A stretch of 64,000 nucleotides of DNA from positions 1,440,001 through 1,504,000 of the forward strand of contig CBDBMJ010000001.1 in the NCBI GenBank assembly GCA_965207455.1, read 5' to 3'. Below, piece after piece: positions 50,346 through 60,500 of this stretch. A program made the position numbers and the translations under genes. The DNA is from Bdellovibrionota bacterium. GTDB lineage: Bacteria; Bdellovibrionota; UBA1018; CAIPTA01; JAALKR01. Position 1 is the stretch's first letter; every line of letters starts with the position of its first letter. The notes below the pieces were generated by a model. The model was not told the DNA's origin. It worked only from the letters and a program-made list of their open reading frames with translations, and did not search any database.

Positions 50346-51566
50346 TTATTTCTTATCCTCTGGTGTGGACGGAATGTCGTAGTATACATATTCCTCGTTT
50401 TTATAGTTCCTTAGGGTAATGACGTTCTTCTCCTGCTTGACCACATAGGAGGGAATCAGGGGGATTTTTCCACCGCCGCCTGGGCAGTCCACCACAAAGT
50501 GAGGAACGGCAAGACCAGAGGTCCAGCCACGAAGGGCTTCTATGATTTTCACTCCCACGCTAATGGGTGTGCGAAAGTGGGAAATTCCTTGGGCCATATC
50601 GCATTGGTAAATATAGTAGGGTCGAACACGCATCATTAAAAGTTTATGATTGAGTTCCTTTACCACCATGGGATCGTCGTTGATGCCCTTGAGAATCACC
50701 ATTTGGTTGGAGATGGAGCAGCCAGCGTCCGAAAGCTTACGGCAAGCGTCCATGGCCTCCAGGGTACATTCCTTGGGGTGGTTGAAGTGGGTGTTCACAA
50801 ATACGGGATGGTGTTTTTTCACCATATAAATAAAATCGTCGTTAATTCTTTGAGGAAGGGTAACCAGGTTACGGGTTCCGAGGCGAAACATTTCAATATG
50901 GGGCATATCCCGTAAAGATCCAAGAATATAGTCTAGGCGTGCATCGCTGTTGGATAGGGGGTCTCCGCCAGAAATCACCACGTCCCGAATTTCTGGGTGG
51001 GTGCGGATATAGTCTAGGCCAATGTCTAACTGACTCTTTTGGGCAGCGCTGCTGGGATCCGATACCTTTCGTTTTCTGGTGCAGTGGCGACAGTACATGG
51101 CACAATTATGGGTGGTATAGAAAAGTACACGGTCCGGGTAGCGGTGGGTAATGCCGGGAACGGGCATATCCTTTTCCTCTCCAAGGGGATCTTCTAACTC
51201 TGTGGGGTGGATGGTGAGCTCTCCCATTTTAGGCACGGCTTGCATGCGGATGGGGCAATTGGGGTCATCGGGGTCCATCAGGGCAGCATAATAGGGTGTG
51301 ATGGACATATTAAACATTTCCACAGAGGCGGTGTAGGCTTGGCGTTCATCGTCGGTTACGCGAATAATCTTTTGTAGGCCCTCCATGGTACGAATGCGAT
51401 TGCGTTGTTGCCAGGTCCAGTTGTCCCAGTCCTTTTGTGCTGCACCAGCCCAAACCGACCGTCCTGCCGTTGGGAAGTGCTTCATCACATTGGGGTGCAC
51501 AGGATTTAACTCTTGTTTGGGTGTAGGCACCACCCTGAGCTCAGGTTTTTTCTTTGGATTTTCCAA
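50346..51566 (-). CDS. KamA-family radical SAM lysine 2,3-aminomutase (KamA/EpmB)
   Basis: THRYPDRVL, CAMYCRHCTRKR, SGGDPL, HFNHP and PGGGGK motifs; TTG start after GGAGGGAG. Confidence 0.92.
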   Translation of the reverse strand: MENPKKKPELRVVPTPKQELNPVHPNVMKHFPTAGRSVWAGAAQKDWDNWTWQQRNRIRTMEGLQKIIRVTDDERQAYTASVEMFNMSITPYYAALMDPDDPNCPIRMQAVPKMGELTIHPTELEDPLGEEKDMPVPGITHRYPDRVLFYTTHNCAMYCRHCTRKRKVSDPSSAAQKSQLDIGLDYIRTHPEIRDVVISGGDPLSNSDARLDYILGSLRDMPHIEMFRLGTRNLVTLPQRINDDFIYMVKKHHPVFVNTHFNHPKECTLEAMDACRKLSDAGCSISNQMVILKGINDDPMVVKELNHKLLMMRVRPYYIYQCDMAQGISHFRTPISVGVKIIEALRGWTSGLAVPHFVVDCPGGGGKIPLIPSYVVKQEKNVITLRNYKNEEYVYYDIPSTPEDKK

Positions 51567-51607
51567 AACGTTCTCCCTCCACTACTATACAATAAATATA
51601 CATTCAG

Positions 51608-53428
51608 GTGAATATGGATCAAGAAAATAAACAGGAAGAATTAAAAAATAGGGCACAGCAAGTCCATACTGGCTCTGGCGTATACCGCATGATGGGGAAA
51701 GGTGATGAAATCATCTATATTGGCAAGGCCAAGAATCTCAGATCCCGTGTATCCTCTTATTTTCAAAAGTTAAGCGACCCCAAAACAAAAGTGCTCGTGA
51801 GCAGGATTGAGGATTTCGACGTTATTCTTACAGACTCTGAGGCAGAAGCGCTCATCCTAGAGTGCATCCTTATTAAAAAGTATAGTCCCCGCTATAACGT
51901 GATGTTAAAGGACGACAAATCCTATCCATACCTGGTAGTAGATTTTCACCATAGTTTTCCCAAGCTCACCTATACACGGCGATTTAAACAAACAAAAGAC
52001 ATGATGGTATTTGGTCCCTATGTTTCCTCCGGTTCCCTACGACAAACCATTGAGCTTCTCAGTCATTCCTTTCAGTTGCGTGAGTGTACAGATACGGAGT
52101 TTGCCAATCGTAGCCGACCCTGTATCAGTCATCAAATGGGATTCTGTAGTGCTCCCTGTACCAACCTGATTACCGCAGAAAATTACAAGAAAGATTTGGA
52201 AATGGCTCTAGAAATTTTAAAGGGACGAAGCAAGGAAACCGTAGAGGAATTGAGAAAAAAAATGAACTCTCTTTCCAAAAAAATGGAATATGAATTGGCA
52301 GCAAAGGTACGGGATCAAATTCAGGGGCTGGAAACTTTGCTCTTCAAAGAGGAGCAAAAGGTCACAAAAAATACGAACAATAAATTAGGGCAGGTGGATA
52401 TGGATGTGATTGGCTTTTGTAGAAAAGAAAACACCGCTTGCCTGTCTATTATTTTTTTACGAGGAGGAAGCATCGTTGATTCTAGTAATTTTATTTCCCA
52501 TTACTTGGACGATATGAGTGCAGAGGAAATCTTAGTAAATTTCTTAGGACAACTCTACCTCACAGATAATAGGTTTCCTCAGGAAATACTCTCATCAAAC
52601 AAAAAGAAGCACCCGCTTGGTATGATCCCCAAAGCCCCTCCCAGCGAAATACTTCTTCCCACAAACTTAGAGGAATTTGTGGAATCTAAAAAATCATTGA
52701 GCACCTCCAAGAACATACAGCTCCTGAAAGAAAGCTTATCTCAGCTAGGTTTTTCTTCAAAAATCACAGAATCCAAGCGAGGTGTAAAATATAAGCTAGC
52801 AAAAATGGCTGAAAAAAATGCCTCCAATGCCTTAACAGCAAGAAAAGAAGAAGACCACAATATCTACAAAACTCTCACGGACATAAAGGTAAAATTAAAG
52901 TTACAAAACTACCCCAGGCGAATTGAATGCTTTGACATTTCCAACCTTGGAGACAAAGGCATAGTGGGTTCCTGTGTTACGTTTATTGAGGGAAAACCTG
53001 ATAAAAAACTCTATCGTCACTACAAAATTAAATCCGTGCATACACAAAATGATTTCGCCTCCATGGAGGAGATACTCACCCGAAGATTAAAGAAAAGCAG
53101 TAAGTATGGGTCCATGGAACAGGAAGCTCCAGATCTGGTGATTGTGGATGGTGGTAAAAGCCAACTTGCTATGGCTGTGGAAGTAATGAAGGAATTGGAT
53201 ATTACGGGTATTGATCTTGCAGCTCTAGCCAAGAGTAAAGTTGTCTCAGATTTTAAAAGTAAAAAAATAGAAAAAAGTATGGAACGGGTATTTAAGCCGG
53301 GTAGGAAGAATCCAATTCCACTCACACCCGGTTCTAAAATGTGCTTGCTCTTAGAACGAATACGAAACGAAGCTCACCGCTTTGCCATTACACTCCAACG
53401 TAAGCAACGTACGCTTCCTAAAAAGTGA
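51608..53428 (+). CDS. uvrC: excinuclease ABC subunit C (lacks the C-terminal HhH domain)
   Basis: GIY-YIG (YIGKAKNLR.RV.SYF, PRYN..LKDDK.YPY), RNase H-like domain (IECFDIS, VDGGK.Q) and RNEAHRFA. Confidence 0.95.
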   Translation: MNMDQENKQEELKNRAQQVHTGSGVYRMMGKGDEIIYIGKAKNLRSRVSSYFQKLSDPKTKVLVSRIEDFDVILTDSEAEALILECILIKKYSPRYNVMLKDDKSYPYLVVDFHHSFPKLTYTRRFKQTKDMMVFGPYVSSGSLRQTIELLSHSFQLRECTDTEFANRSRPCISHQMGFCSAPCTNLITAENYKKDLEMALEILKGRSKETVEELRKKMNSLSKKMEYELAAKVRDQIQGLETLLFKEEQKVTKNTNNKLGQVDMDVIGFCRKENTACLSIIFLRGGSIVDSSNFISHYLDDMSAEEILVNFLGQLYLTDNRFPQEILSSNKKKHPLGMIPKAPPSEILLPTNLEEFVESKKSLSTSKNIQLLKESLSQLGFSSKITESKRGVKYKLAKMAEKNASNALTARKEEDHNIYKTLTDIKVKLKLQNYPRRIECFDISNLGDKGIVGSCVTFIEGKPDKKLYRHYKIKSVHTQNDFASMEEILTRRLKKSSKYGSMEQEAPDLVIVDGGKSQLAMAVEVMKELDITGIDLAALAKSKVVSDFKSKKIEKSMERVFKPGRKNPIPLTPGSKMCLLLERIRNEAHRFAITLQRKQRTLPKK

Positions 53429-53430
53429 TA

Positions 53431-53670
53431 CTATAATAAATTTTTCAAGCCTGTACGAGCCCGGTAGCTACATTCATAGCAACGAACCACTTCATTGGTC
53501 ACCAGATTAATAAAGTCTGCAAAATAGCTAAACTGCAGTTGATTGCCACAAATGGGACATATTTCCAACTGCCGAATCACCTCTTCCTTAGAAGCCGTGT
53601 GATCTACATAGGATTGCAGTTCCTCTTGCTCTCCTGAAAAGTCAAAATCTCCATCTTCGATATCTTTCAT
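53431..53670 (-). CDS. small zinc-ribbon hypothetical protein
   Basis: CPICG...CYECS pairs; GGAGG RBS. Confidence 0.7.
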   Translation of the reverse strand: MKDIEDGDFDFSGEQEELQSYVDHTASKEEVIRQLEICPICGNQLQFSYFADFINLVTNEVVRCYECSYRARTGLKNLL

Positions 53671-53818
53671 ACACGACCTCCATAAGGGAATAATTACCGA
53701 TTATTTATTTGTCGGGCCGTTGGAGTAAAAACTTGAGAGAAAAATATATTTTATCGAATAGCGTGTATGGAAATGGTGTCTAGCTGTGGAGCTTCTTTTG
53801 CTTTATTTGGCTGTATTA

Positions 53819-56380
53819 TTAGAATCGACCAATGGAGAAGTGCACCCTGTAGCGGTCCGGGTCTGTTGAACTCACACCGTCTCCCCTATCGGATATTTGA
53901 CCTAATTTATAGGCTAAGTCTAGGTTCACGGAACCAACGGGAGTCTCATACCGGACACCCACACCCAAGCTATGCCTAAGATCGAGGAGTCTCAGGACAT
54001 CCACAGAGAGATTTCCTGCATCCCAGAAAATGCCCAATCCCAGTGCTTCTCTTAGGGGGAATTGTAGTTCCCAGCGGTAGTTTATCAGGTGTAGGGTTCC
54101 ATTAATATTTCTTTGGGTTTCCACTTCTAGGGAATCATATTTATAGCCTCTTAGCGTGCTTGTACCTCCCAGGCGAAAGAGTTTTATTTTCGGTACTGGT
54201 CTGTCTAAAACATTGGATCGTTCAAACCCTATGTTCATACCAAAGCTAAAGACAAAGCTATGGCCCAGATCAATGTATGCACTATTATTGGAAGTGAACC
54301 TGTGATAGCCCACGGACTTTTGAGAGCCTAAAAATTCGGTAGCCAGTTCCATTTGATTGATGGAAAGGAAACCAGTGGATGGATTAAAAGGGTTATTTCT
54401 TGAGTCTAGGGCAATTCCAGCGGTTAAGGAGCCAATGGTGTCCTCTTCATTATACTCTTCGTCTTTTGCATTAAAGGAATGTACTTGCTCAAAACTATAT
54501 TTTAAGGATGTGGATATTTTTTTTGTTAGGTCTCGACGAAGCTCTACGGATCCTTTGCTAATGGAGGCGTCGAAGTTCGTGAATCTGCGTTTAAAAAAGA
54601 TCACGTTCGTAAAAAGTCCAATCCTTTGACTAAGAAAATAGGGTTCCTTAAAGCCGGCGTTGACATTATACTCCAGAAAATCAAAGTCCACTAATCGTCG
54701 ATTAAGGGAGGCATTTAAATTCACAGTTCGATGCATTCCTCCTAAGTTATTGTAGGAAGATCCAGCAAAAAATCGAAGTCCCACATCTGTTCTGTAGCCA
54801 TAGCCCATTTCAAAAGTTCCTGGAATGCTTTCATCTAAGAACACTAAAATATTGCGAACATTGGGTTTATTACTAGGTTCTGCCAAGCGAAATACAGTGG
54901 AACGAAATAGGCCCAGCCTGCGTAATCGATCTTCTCCTTCGGAAAGTTTTTCTTTTGTTAGTATATCTCCTGTGGAAAAAGGCAGTTCTCTGGTGATTAC
55001 AATAGATCTTGTTTTAGTATTGCCTCGAATTTTAATTTCTCCTGCATGAATTAAAGGACCCTCTTTAACGGTTAGCTTTATATTAACCTGAGATTGATCT
55101 TTAGAATATCTTGTGATAGAAGATTTCTTTTTTTCATCAATAATCACTTCAAGGTAGCCAATATTTTTATATTTTTCTTTTAGTTCTTCCACACCACTGC
55201 CAAAGCGAAATACATTAAATGGCATGTTTTTTTTAATCCCCAGAATATTTTTAACTTCTTCCTTGGGTATGGCCGTTACTCCGTCCAGCTCAATGGAAGA
55301 GACCGTAGTTTGTACTCCCTCTGTGAAAAAGAGTATAACATCCACCCGTTCTTTTTCTTTAGAAAATTTGTATTTTACCAAATCTAGCTTTGCGGATAAG
55401 TGACCCAGTGATTTTAAATGCTCAGCTAAAAGATCACCAGCCTTTCGGATACCTTCATCTTGAAAATATAATTTTTGAACTAAATTGGGACAAAAGGAAA
55501 TGAATAAATCCGATGCTTCTTTTATGGGAATGGTATAAATACCTTCCAATGAGAAGCTAGTTATTCTAATTCTTTTTCCTTCCTTTACAATAAAGCTGAC
55601 ATGCTGTATACCTCTTTTTCCATCCTGCCTAGTTACCGTTTTTATTTTCAAATTCACTAGACCCACTTGGTTATAGGCACGGATAATTCGTTCTCGTGCG
55701 GCATCCAGATAGTCTTTATCGAAACCCACTTCCTTTACTTCGCTCACATAGCCAAGCAGTTCTTTTTTGCTAAATCGTTTATTGTTTCTGAATCCAAATC
55801 GTATTCGAGGTCCGTAGGTCACCTTGATATTCATCATTGCAGATTCTTCATTGTTTTTAATGCTAATTTCCGTTACGGGTTCTTTCGTGATCAAAAAATC
55901 TTTTTCCAGCAGCCACTCTTTGAGTTTGTTGATAGCTGTTTTTATTTCCTTCCTATCCAGTCGGTCTCCTGCTTTAATATCAATAGCATCAAGAGCTTGT
56001 TTGTTTAATTTCTTTCTCAAAGATTTGTCTTTAATGAGAAGCATGGTGGAAAGGTTGATTTTTTTAATAATAACAGGCTTGCCTTCTTTAATTTCCAATC
56101 GGAATATGCCGGATCGGGAGAAAGAAGTTTTGATTTTAGTTTTAAAAAATCCTCTGTACTTATAAAGTTCGATTATACTTTTTTTAATGGCCTTTATTTT
56201 CCGCGGACTTACATCATCACCAACCTTCAGATTGCCTGCAATTATTATTGTTTCTTCAGAAATCTCTGCTTCACCGCTAATTTCTATGGAATTTATTTTA
56301 TTCGCGCCATGCCCATTCGGAATAGCCAAAGTAAAACAAAACAGCAACCAAAAGTGAGATTTCTTAATCAATAGTCTCAT
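53819..56380 (-). CDS. BamA/TamA (Omp85) family outer membrane protein with POTRA domains
   Basis: Repeated POTRA-like units (..EG..), FRLGGTSTLRGY, FWDAGN, G.GVRY.TPVG, terminal Phe. Confidence 0.9.
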   Translation of the reverse strand: MRLLIKKSHFWLLFCFTLAIPNGHGANKINSIEISGEAEISEETIIIAGNLKVGDDVSPRKIKAIKKSIIELYKYRGFFKTKIKTSFSRSGIFRLEIKEGKPVIIKKINLSTMLLIKDKSLRKKLNKQALDAIDIKAGDRLDRKEIKTAINKLKEWLLEKDFLITKEPVTEISIKNNEESAMMNIKVTYGPRIRFGFRNNKRFSKKELLGYVSEVKEVGFDKDYLDAARERIIRAYNQVGLVNLKIKTVTRQDGKRGIQHVSFIVKEGKRIRITSFSLEGIYTIPIKEASDLFISFCPNLVQKLYFQDEGIRKAGDLLAEHLKSLGHLSAKLDLVKYKFSKEKERVDVILFFTEGVQTTVSSIELDGVTAIPKEEVKNILGIKKNMPFNVFRFGSGVEELKEKYKNIGYLEVIIDEKKKSSITRYSKDQSQVNIKLTVKEGPLIHAGEIKIRGNTKTRSIVITRELPFSTGDILTKEKLSEGEDRLRRLGLFRSTVFRLAEPSNKPNVRNILVFLDESIPGTFEMGYGYRTDVGLRFFAGSSYNNLGGMHRTVNLNASLNRRLVDFDFLEYNVNAGFKEPYFLSQRIGLFTNVIFFKRRFTNFDASISKGSVELRRDLTKKISTSLKYSFEQVHSFNAKDEEYNEEDTIGSLTAGIALDSRNNPFNPSTGFLSINQMELATEFLGSQKSVGYHRFTSNNSAYIDLGHSFVFSFGMNIGFERSNVLDRPVPKIKLFRLGGTSTLRGYKYDSLEVETQRNINGTLHLINYRWELQFPLREALGLGIFWDAGNLSVDVLRLLDLRHSLGVGVRYETPVGSVNLDLAYKLGQISDRGDGVSSTDPDRYRVHFSIGRF

Positions 56381-59300
56381 TTAAAATTCCATTTAAACTT
56401 AAAGTCAGCACCAAAAGAAGATCGGGATCCTTTAATAGTTGGGTCTGGCTTTTCTTTATATATACTAGTGATGGATATTTTCTGGCTCAAATGGTACTCA
56501 ATATTTGCATCAAACTCCTCCCCCTGAGCAACGCCAACAGTTGTGCCGAAGGAAGCATCCATATTATTTAACAGTCTAGTTTTTAGCAAAATTTTTGGCA
56601 CAGCAAACTCAGGCACGCTCTTAGGGCGCACTATATTTGCTTCGTTCTGAATAATGGTCGGTGATATTTGTATATTTACTCCAGTAGTTTGCAACTCTTC
56701 GTTTATCTTTAGTTGGTCTAGCAGCATGGAGCCCACTTCTGCATAAGTGATGGTGCTTAAACGACTATTATCACCAGATCGATTATTGTTTTTTTCTACA
56801 AATCCAAAAGCCAGTAAAGAAAGAATATCTTCTTGGGGCAACTCTGGGCTGGAACTCAGCGTGATTTTATAATTATCTATATTGCCGGCAGTAAATAATT
56901 TTATGGAGTATCCGCCCAAATCACTAGCTCCAATAAGAGAGAAAGACGGATTAAATTCCTCCAAATTCACCAAACTTACCTCCATGTGCTTTAAGCGAAA
57001 AGGGACATTTCTGAACAGGAGATTTCCATTCACTAGACTCATTTTTCCAGTTATTTTTGGGAATTTAAAATTATTTGAAATTGATATTTCTCCTTTAAAT
57101 TCTGAATCAAATAAATCATTTTTAACCACAACTCCATTTCTTGATATACTTTTTATATTTACTGTGTATAAATTACTTTTTTCCAGTATCAATTCGGGGA
57201 AGTACCGGGAGCCTTTTAGAGACTTTCTATCATCTAAGTCGAAGTTTCTCCTGATAATAATTTTTTTCATTTTTAATGTGCCAGAAATAGAGTAAGGCAA
57301 AGTTTTTCCAGTCAATGAAAGTGTTCCATTATCAACTTGAGCCAGATTCACGGGATAAAATTTAAATTTATTGTTGTTGAGGTTGAGATTTAAATTAAAA
57401 ACTGGAAGTTTGTGGAGAAAAAAATCAGCATAACCATCGATGGAGACAGACCCTTGACCAAAACTGCCATTCATGTTTTTCATAGTCACCCTGTTTTTGG
57501 AAAAGGAAAGCTCTCCGTTTAGAGGGAGTACACCTGGATTTATCCCTTCTATATGCATTCCTGCATTTTCTAATTTCACTGTTCCTTGCATGTTTAACTT
57601 ATCCACACTCCCCTTAAAAATTGTGTTTACTTTAGCAACTCCTGTAACACTATTTAATACTGGAGTTAGAAATTGAATTAGTTTTAAAGGAAGATCTCCT
57701 TTGGCCTTTAGAGTAAAGTTATCGCCAGAAATAAGACCTTTTGTATTGATGCTTAAATTGGAATCTTGTCCAATAAGAAAAATAGGGTCAAACTTAATAA
57801 AGCCTTTCTTGATACTTGCTTGAATGGGATTTTCTATGGAGAGAGAAACATCTTTAGAATATAAGCTCGCCTTATTCCATGTAACAGTACCATTCATTTT
57901 CTTCCAGTTTCCTGCTGTCCAATTGCTTTCCATACTGCCATCTAAAAGAACACTAGTGGATTCGTCATTACAGTAGATGGGATTTATAATACAAGCCATA
58001 AAGGAAAATCCACTGCCCTTGGTTTGTATATATAGAGAAGATTTAGACCCTGATCTTCGTCCTATCTTGAGTGAGAAATCTGTTTCTAAATTTTCAGACT
58101 CAGCTAGAAAATTAATTGTCTCTGGTGAGAAAGACATACTGGAAGACATGGAAGGTATTTTAATAGAACCTATTTCAGCGCCGTTAATCTCTAGCTCTAC
58201 CCCTCCCTCTATAGCATGCGTTGGCCCCCTTCCCCAGCCAGAGGCACTAAATGCTGCATTCATTGGGATTCCCATGGACACAAAATGATCGATATCCCTA
58301 AGCCTTCCACGGGAGATATTAAATTGGTAATCTAGGATGGAGTTTAAGCTATGGCTAATCCTCCCCTCTATGATAGAACTATATTTTCTGGCACGAATAT
58401 CTTTAGCGAAATACGTTCCATTTTTCAACCCCACACTACCCTCTAGACTGCTCAATTTTTCACTTAAATATAATAGTGAGCGAGATTTCATAGTGCCTGA
58501 AACATCAAAGGTTTTCTCTGGGTTAGTATAAGTCCCTTTAATGGCAATATCTCCATCCACAGTACCTTTTATTCCATAAGGAATCCAAGATATGTTTTTT
58601 GTCTGATAAGTGAAAATTTTAAAAACATTTTCCAGTTCAATATTTCGGAATTTTGTATGAAGATTCAATTTCTCAGTCTTGTCTATATTTATTATTCCAT
58701 CCAAGGTGAAGAAACCTTGAGGTCTATCGCCTCTGATTTTTTTTAAGGTAATGATAGAGTTGAGTGTATCTAAAGTCACCACTCCCTTACACTTACCTAA
58801 TTTAAGCTTAGTGTATTCCGCATCATTCAAGTTAAATTTGAAATCGAGGAAAACTTTAGGCAGAACTCCAGTTGCAAATACACCAAACATGCCCAATCCT
58901 TTAATGGGGATAGTACTGATTTTACCCACAGAGGAATTGAGGTCTATATTATTCCCTTGAGTGCTTAAATTGAAACCTGTAGTTCCATCATAAAAACCTA
59001 AAATCTTAAGTTTATCTTTTCCAATGGAAAGATCAACATCACCCATACTCAAGCGCTCATCTTTTAAGATCATATCTCCTCTAAGAGCAACCTCCTTTAA
59101 GTTAAAGATATTTTTAGTGGGTTCGCCCTTCTTCTTTTTTCGTTTATTTAAGCGTAGACTTTTCATTTTCAGGTTAGGTCGAAATAGCATTTCTTGAAAT
59201 AGCATTTCTTGGAATAGAATTTTGCTGACTTTAGTAGAAGAATCCCTCTTTCTTGCTTTTATTTGAAGAGAGAGTTCGCCGTTTAAATCCATATGGAGAT

Positions 59301-60462
59301 TTTTTAAGGATTTATTTAAATCTCCAGCAAAAGAATGGAAGTCAACATTATGAAAGTGGAAATTAAATTTGTTATTTAAAACATTCTTATCGAGATCAAT
59401 AGTCATTTCTTTTAATCTCAAAGCTCCATTGTTTTTGAGGAAATCGATATGTTGTATGGCAATTTTGTTTTTGCTGTACTGAAATTTCATAAATACCCTA
59501 TCCATTTCCCAAGAGGAATAGCGAAAATCATCGATGGAAAGCGTACTCTTGAAAGTATAGTTTCCCCATACGCCTGTGATATCTATTTCAGAATAAGCTT
59601 TTCCTGTAAATGACTTAATTTCTGGAAAAAATCCCCGTAACTCCTGGAGTTCTGTACGCGCTATCAGATGAATTTTAGCATCCATTTTAGGAATGTCTGT
59701 TATGTCTCCTGCGAGCTCTCCACTCACATGTACAGTTATGCCTTTCTTTTGAACATCCAGGGACAGCGCTTTTATTCCTTTTGGCCGTATCTCTAAATTC
59801 GATACAAAAGCATCCAGTTCTTCTGCTGAGTCGCCTATACGCCATGCAATTCCCTCCATATCAGACGTCAACAGGGAAAGAGATTGGTCAGGCAGCAGGG
59901 ATAGGTTTTGGATTTTTCTTATACGAAGAAAATTTTCATGTCCCTGGTTATTTGTGAATTCCACATCAATACTGGTATTTTTAATCTCTATCTCCCGTAC
60001 TTTTAGTTTAATTTTATTTTTTAATCGAAGGATGAAGGGTCTTAATAAATGCTTGGTTAGGTTTTTATTAGAAGGCAAGCCACCCGAAGGCTTAGGGAGG
60101 CGAATTTTAATAGTAGCTCCCTCCACAAAAATTTTGTTTAAAAAAAGTTCAACACCAAATTCCTGGAGCACTCGAAAGGTGACTCCTATTTTTTCAGCTT
60201 CAATAAGGGAGTTAATTGGTATACCAACAATATTATTACTTTTTATTTCTCTCACTTTAGGACGAATTAAAGAAATAGTAGGCGGAATGGCCTTGATACC
60301 TAAATAATCGAAATCAACAGCGATACCCAACTGGCTCTCTATTTGCTTTGCAAAGGTGTTTTTCAGAATGCCAGCAAAATGCCTGGATTCCACATATAAA
60401 ATTACACCAAATGTTGTTAGAGCAACAATAAGCGCAAATATATAAAAAGCTTGTTTTTTCAT
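56377..60462 (-). CDS. TamB/AsmA-like translocation and assembly module protein
   Basis: N-terminal TM, long beta-rich body, LSSSPELPQEDILSLLAFG (DUF490-type motif); overlaps the Omp85 gene. Confidence 0.82.
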   Translation of the reverse strand: MKKQAFYIFALIVALTTFGVILYVESRHFAGILKNTFAKQIESQLGIAVDFDYLGIKAIPPTISLIRPKVREIKSNNIVGIPINSLIEAEKIGVTFRVLQEFGVELFLNKIFVEGATIKIRLPKPSGGLPSNKNLTKHLLRPFILRLKNKIKLKVREIEIKNTSIDVEFTNNQGHENFLRIRKIQNLSLLPDQSLSLLTSDMEGIAWRIGDSAEELDAFVSNLEIRPKGIKALSLDVQKKGITVHVSGELAGDITDIPKMDAKIHLIARTELQELRGFFPEIKSFTGKAYSEIDITGVWGNYTFKSTLSIDDFRYSSWEMDRVFMKFQYSKNKIAIQHIDFLKNNGALRLKEMTIDLDKNVLNNKFNFHFHNVDFHSFAGDLNKSLKNLHMDLNGELSLQIKARKRDSSTKVSKILFQEMLFQEMLFRPNLKMKSLRLNKRKKKKGEPTKNIFNLKEVALRGDMILKDERLSMGDVDLSIGKDKLKILGFYDGTTGFNLSTQGNNIDLNSSVGKISTIPIKGLGMFGVFATGVLPKVFLDFKFNLNDAEYTKLKLGKCKGVVTLDTLNSIITLKKIRGDRPQGFFTLDGIINIDKTEKLNLHTKFRNIELENVFKIFTYQTKNISWIPYGIKGTVDGDIAIKGTYTNPEKTFDVSGTMKSRSLLYLSEKLSSLEGSVGLKNGTYFAKDIRARKYSSIIEGRISHSLNSILDYQFNISRGRLRDIDHFVSMGIPMNAAFSASGWGRGPTHAIEGGVELEINGAEIGSIKIPSMSSSMSFSPETINFLAESENLETDFSLKIGRRSGSKSSLYIQTKGSGFSFMACIINPIYCNDESTSVLLDGSMESNWTAGNWKKMNGTVTWNKASLYSKDVSLSIENPIQASIKKGFIKFDPIFLIGQDSNLSINTKGLISGDNFTLKAKGDLPLKLIQFLTPVLNSVTGVAKVNTIFKGSVDKLNMQGTVKLENAGMHIEGINPGVLPLNGELSFSKNRVTMKNMNGSFGQGSVSIDGYADFFLHKLPVFNLNLNLNNNKFKFYPVNLAQVDNGTLSLTGKTLPYSISGTLKMKKIIIRRNFDLDDRKSLKGSRYFPELILEKSNLYTVNIKSISRNGVVVKNDLFDSEFKGEISISNNFKFPKITGKMSLVNGNLLFRNVPFRLKHMEVSLVNLEEFNPSFSLIGASDLGGYSIKLFTAGNIDNYKITLSSSPELPQEDILSLLAFGFVEKNNNRSGDNSRLSTITYAEVGSMLLDQLKINEELQTTGVNIQISPTIIQNEANIVRPKSVPEFAVPKILLKTRLLNNMDASFGTTVGVAQGEEFDANIEYHLSQKISITSIYKEKPDPTIKGSRSSFGADFKFKWNFK

Positions 60463-60500
60463 TTACCAAATCCTTCTGGCTCTATCAGCACTTCAAAAAC

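Noticed and set aside
59181..59217. 15-bp tandem duplication in the tamB-like gene (LFQEMLFQEMLF); similar 12-bp repeats near 63225 and 30530
   Set aside because: In-frame two- to three-copy slippage events with no sign of phase variation
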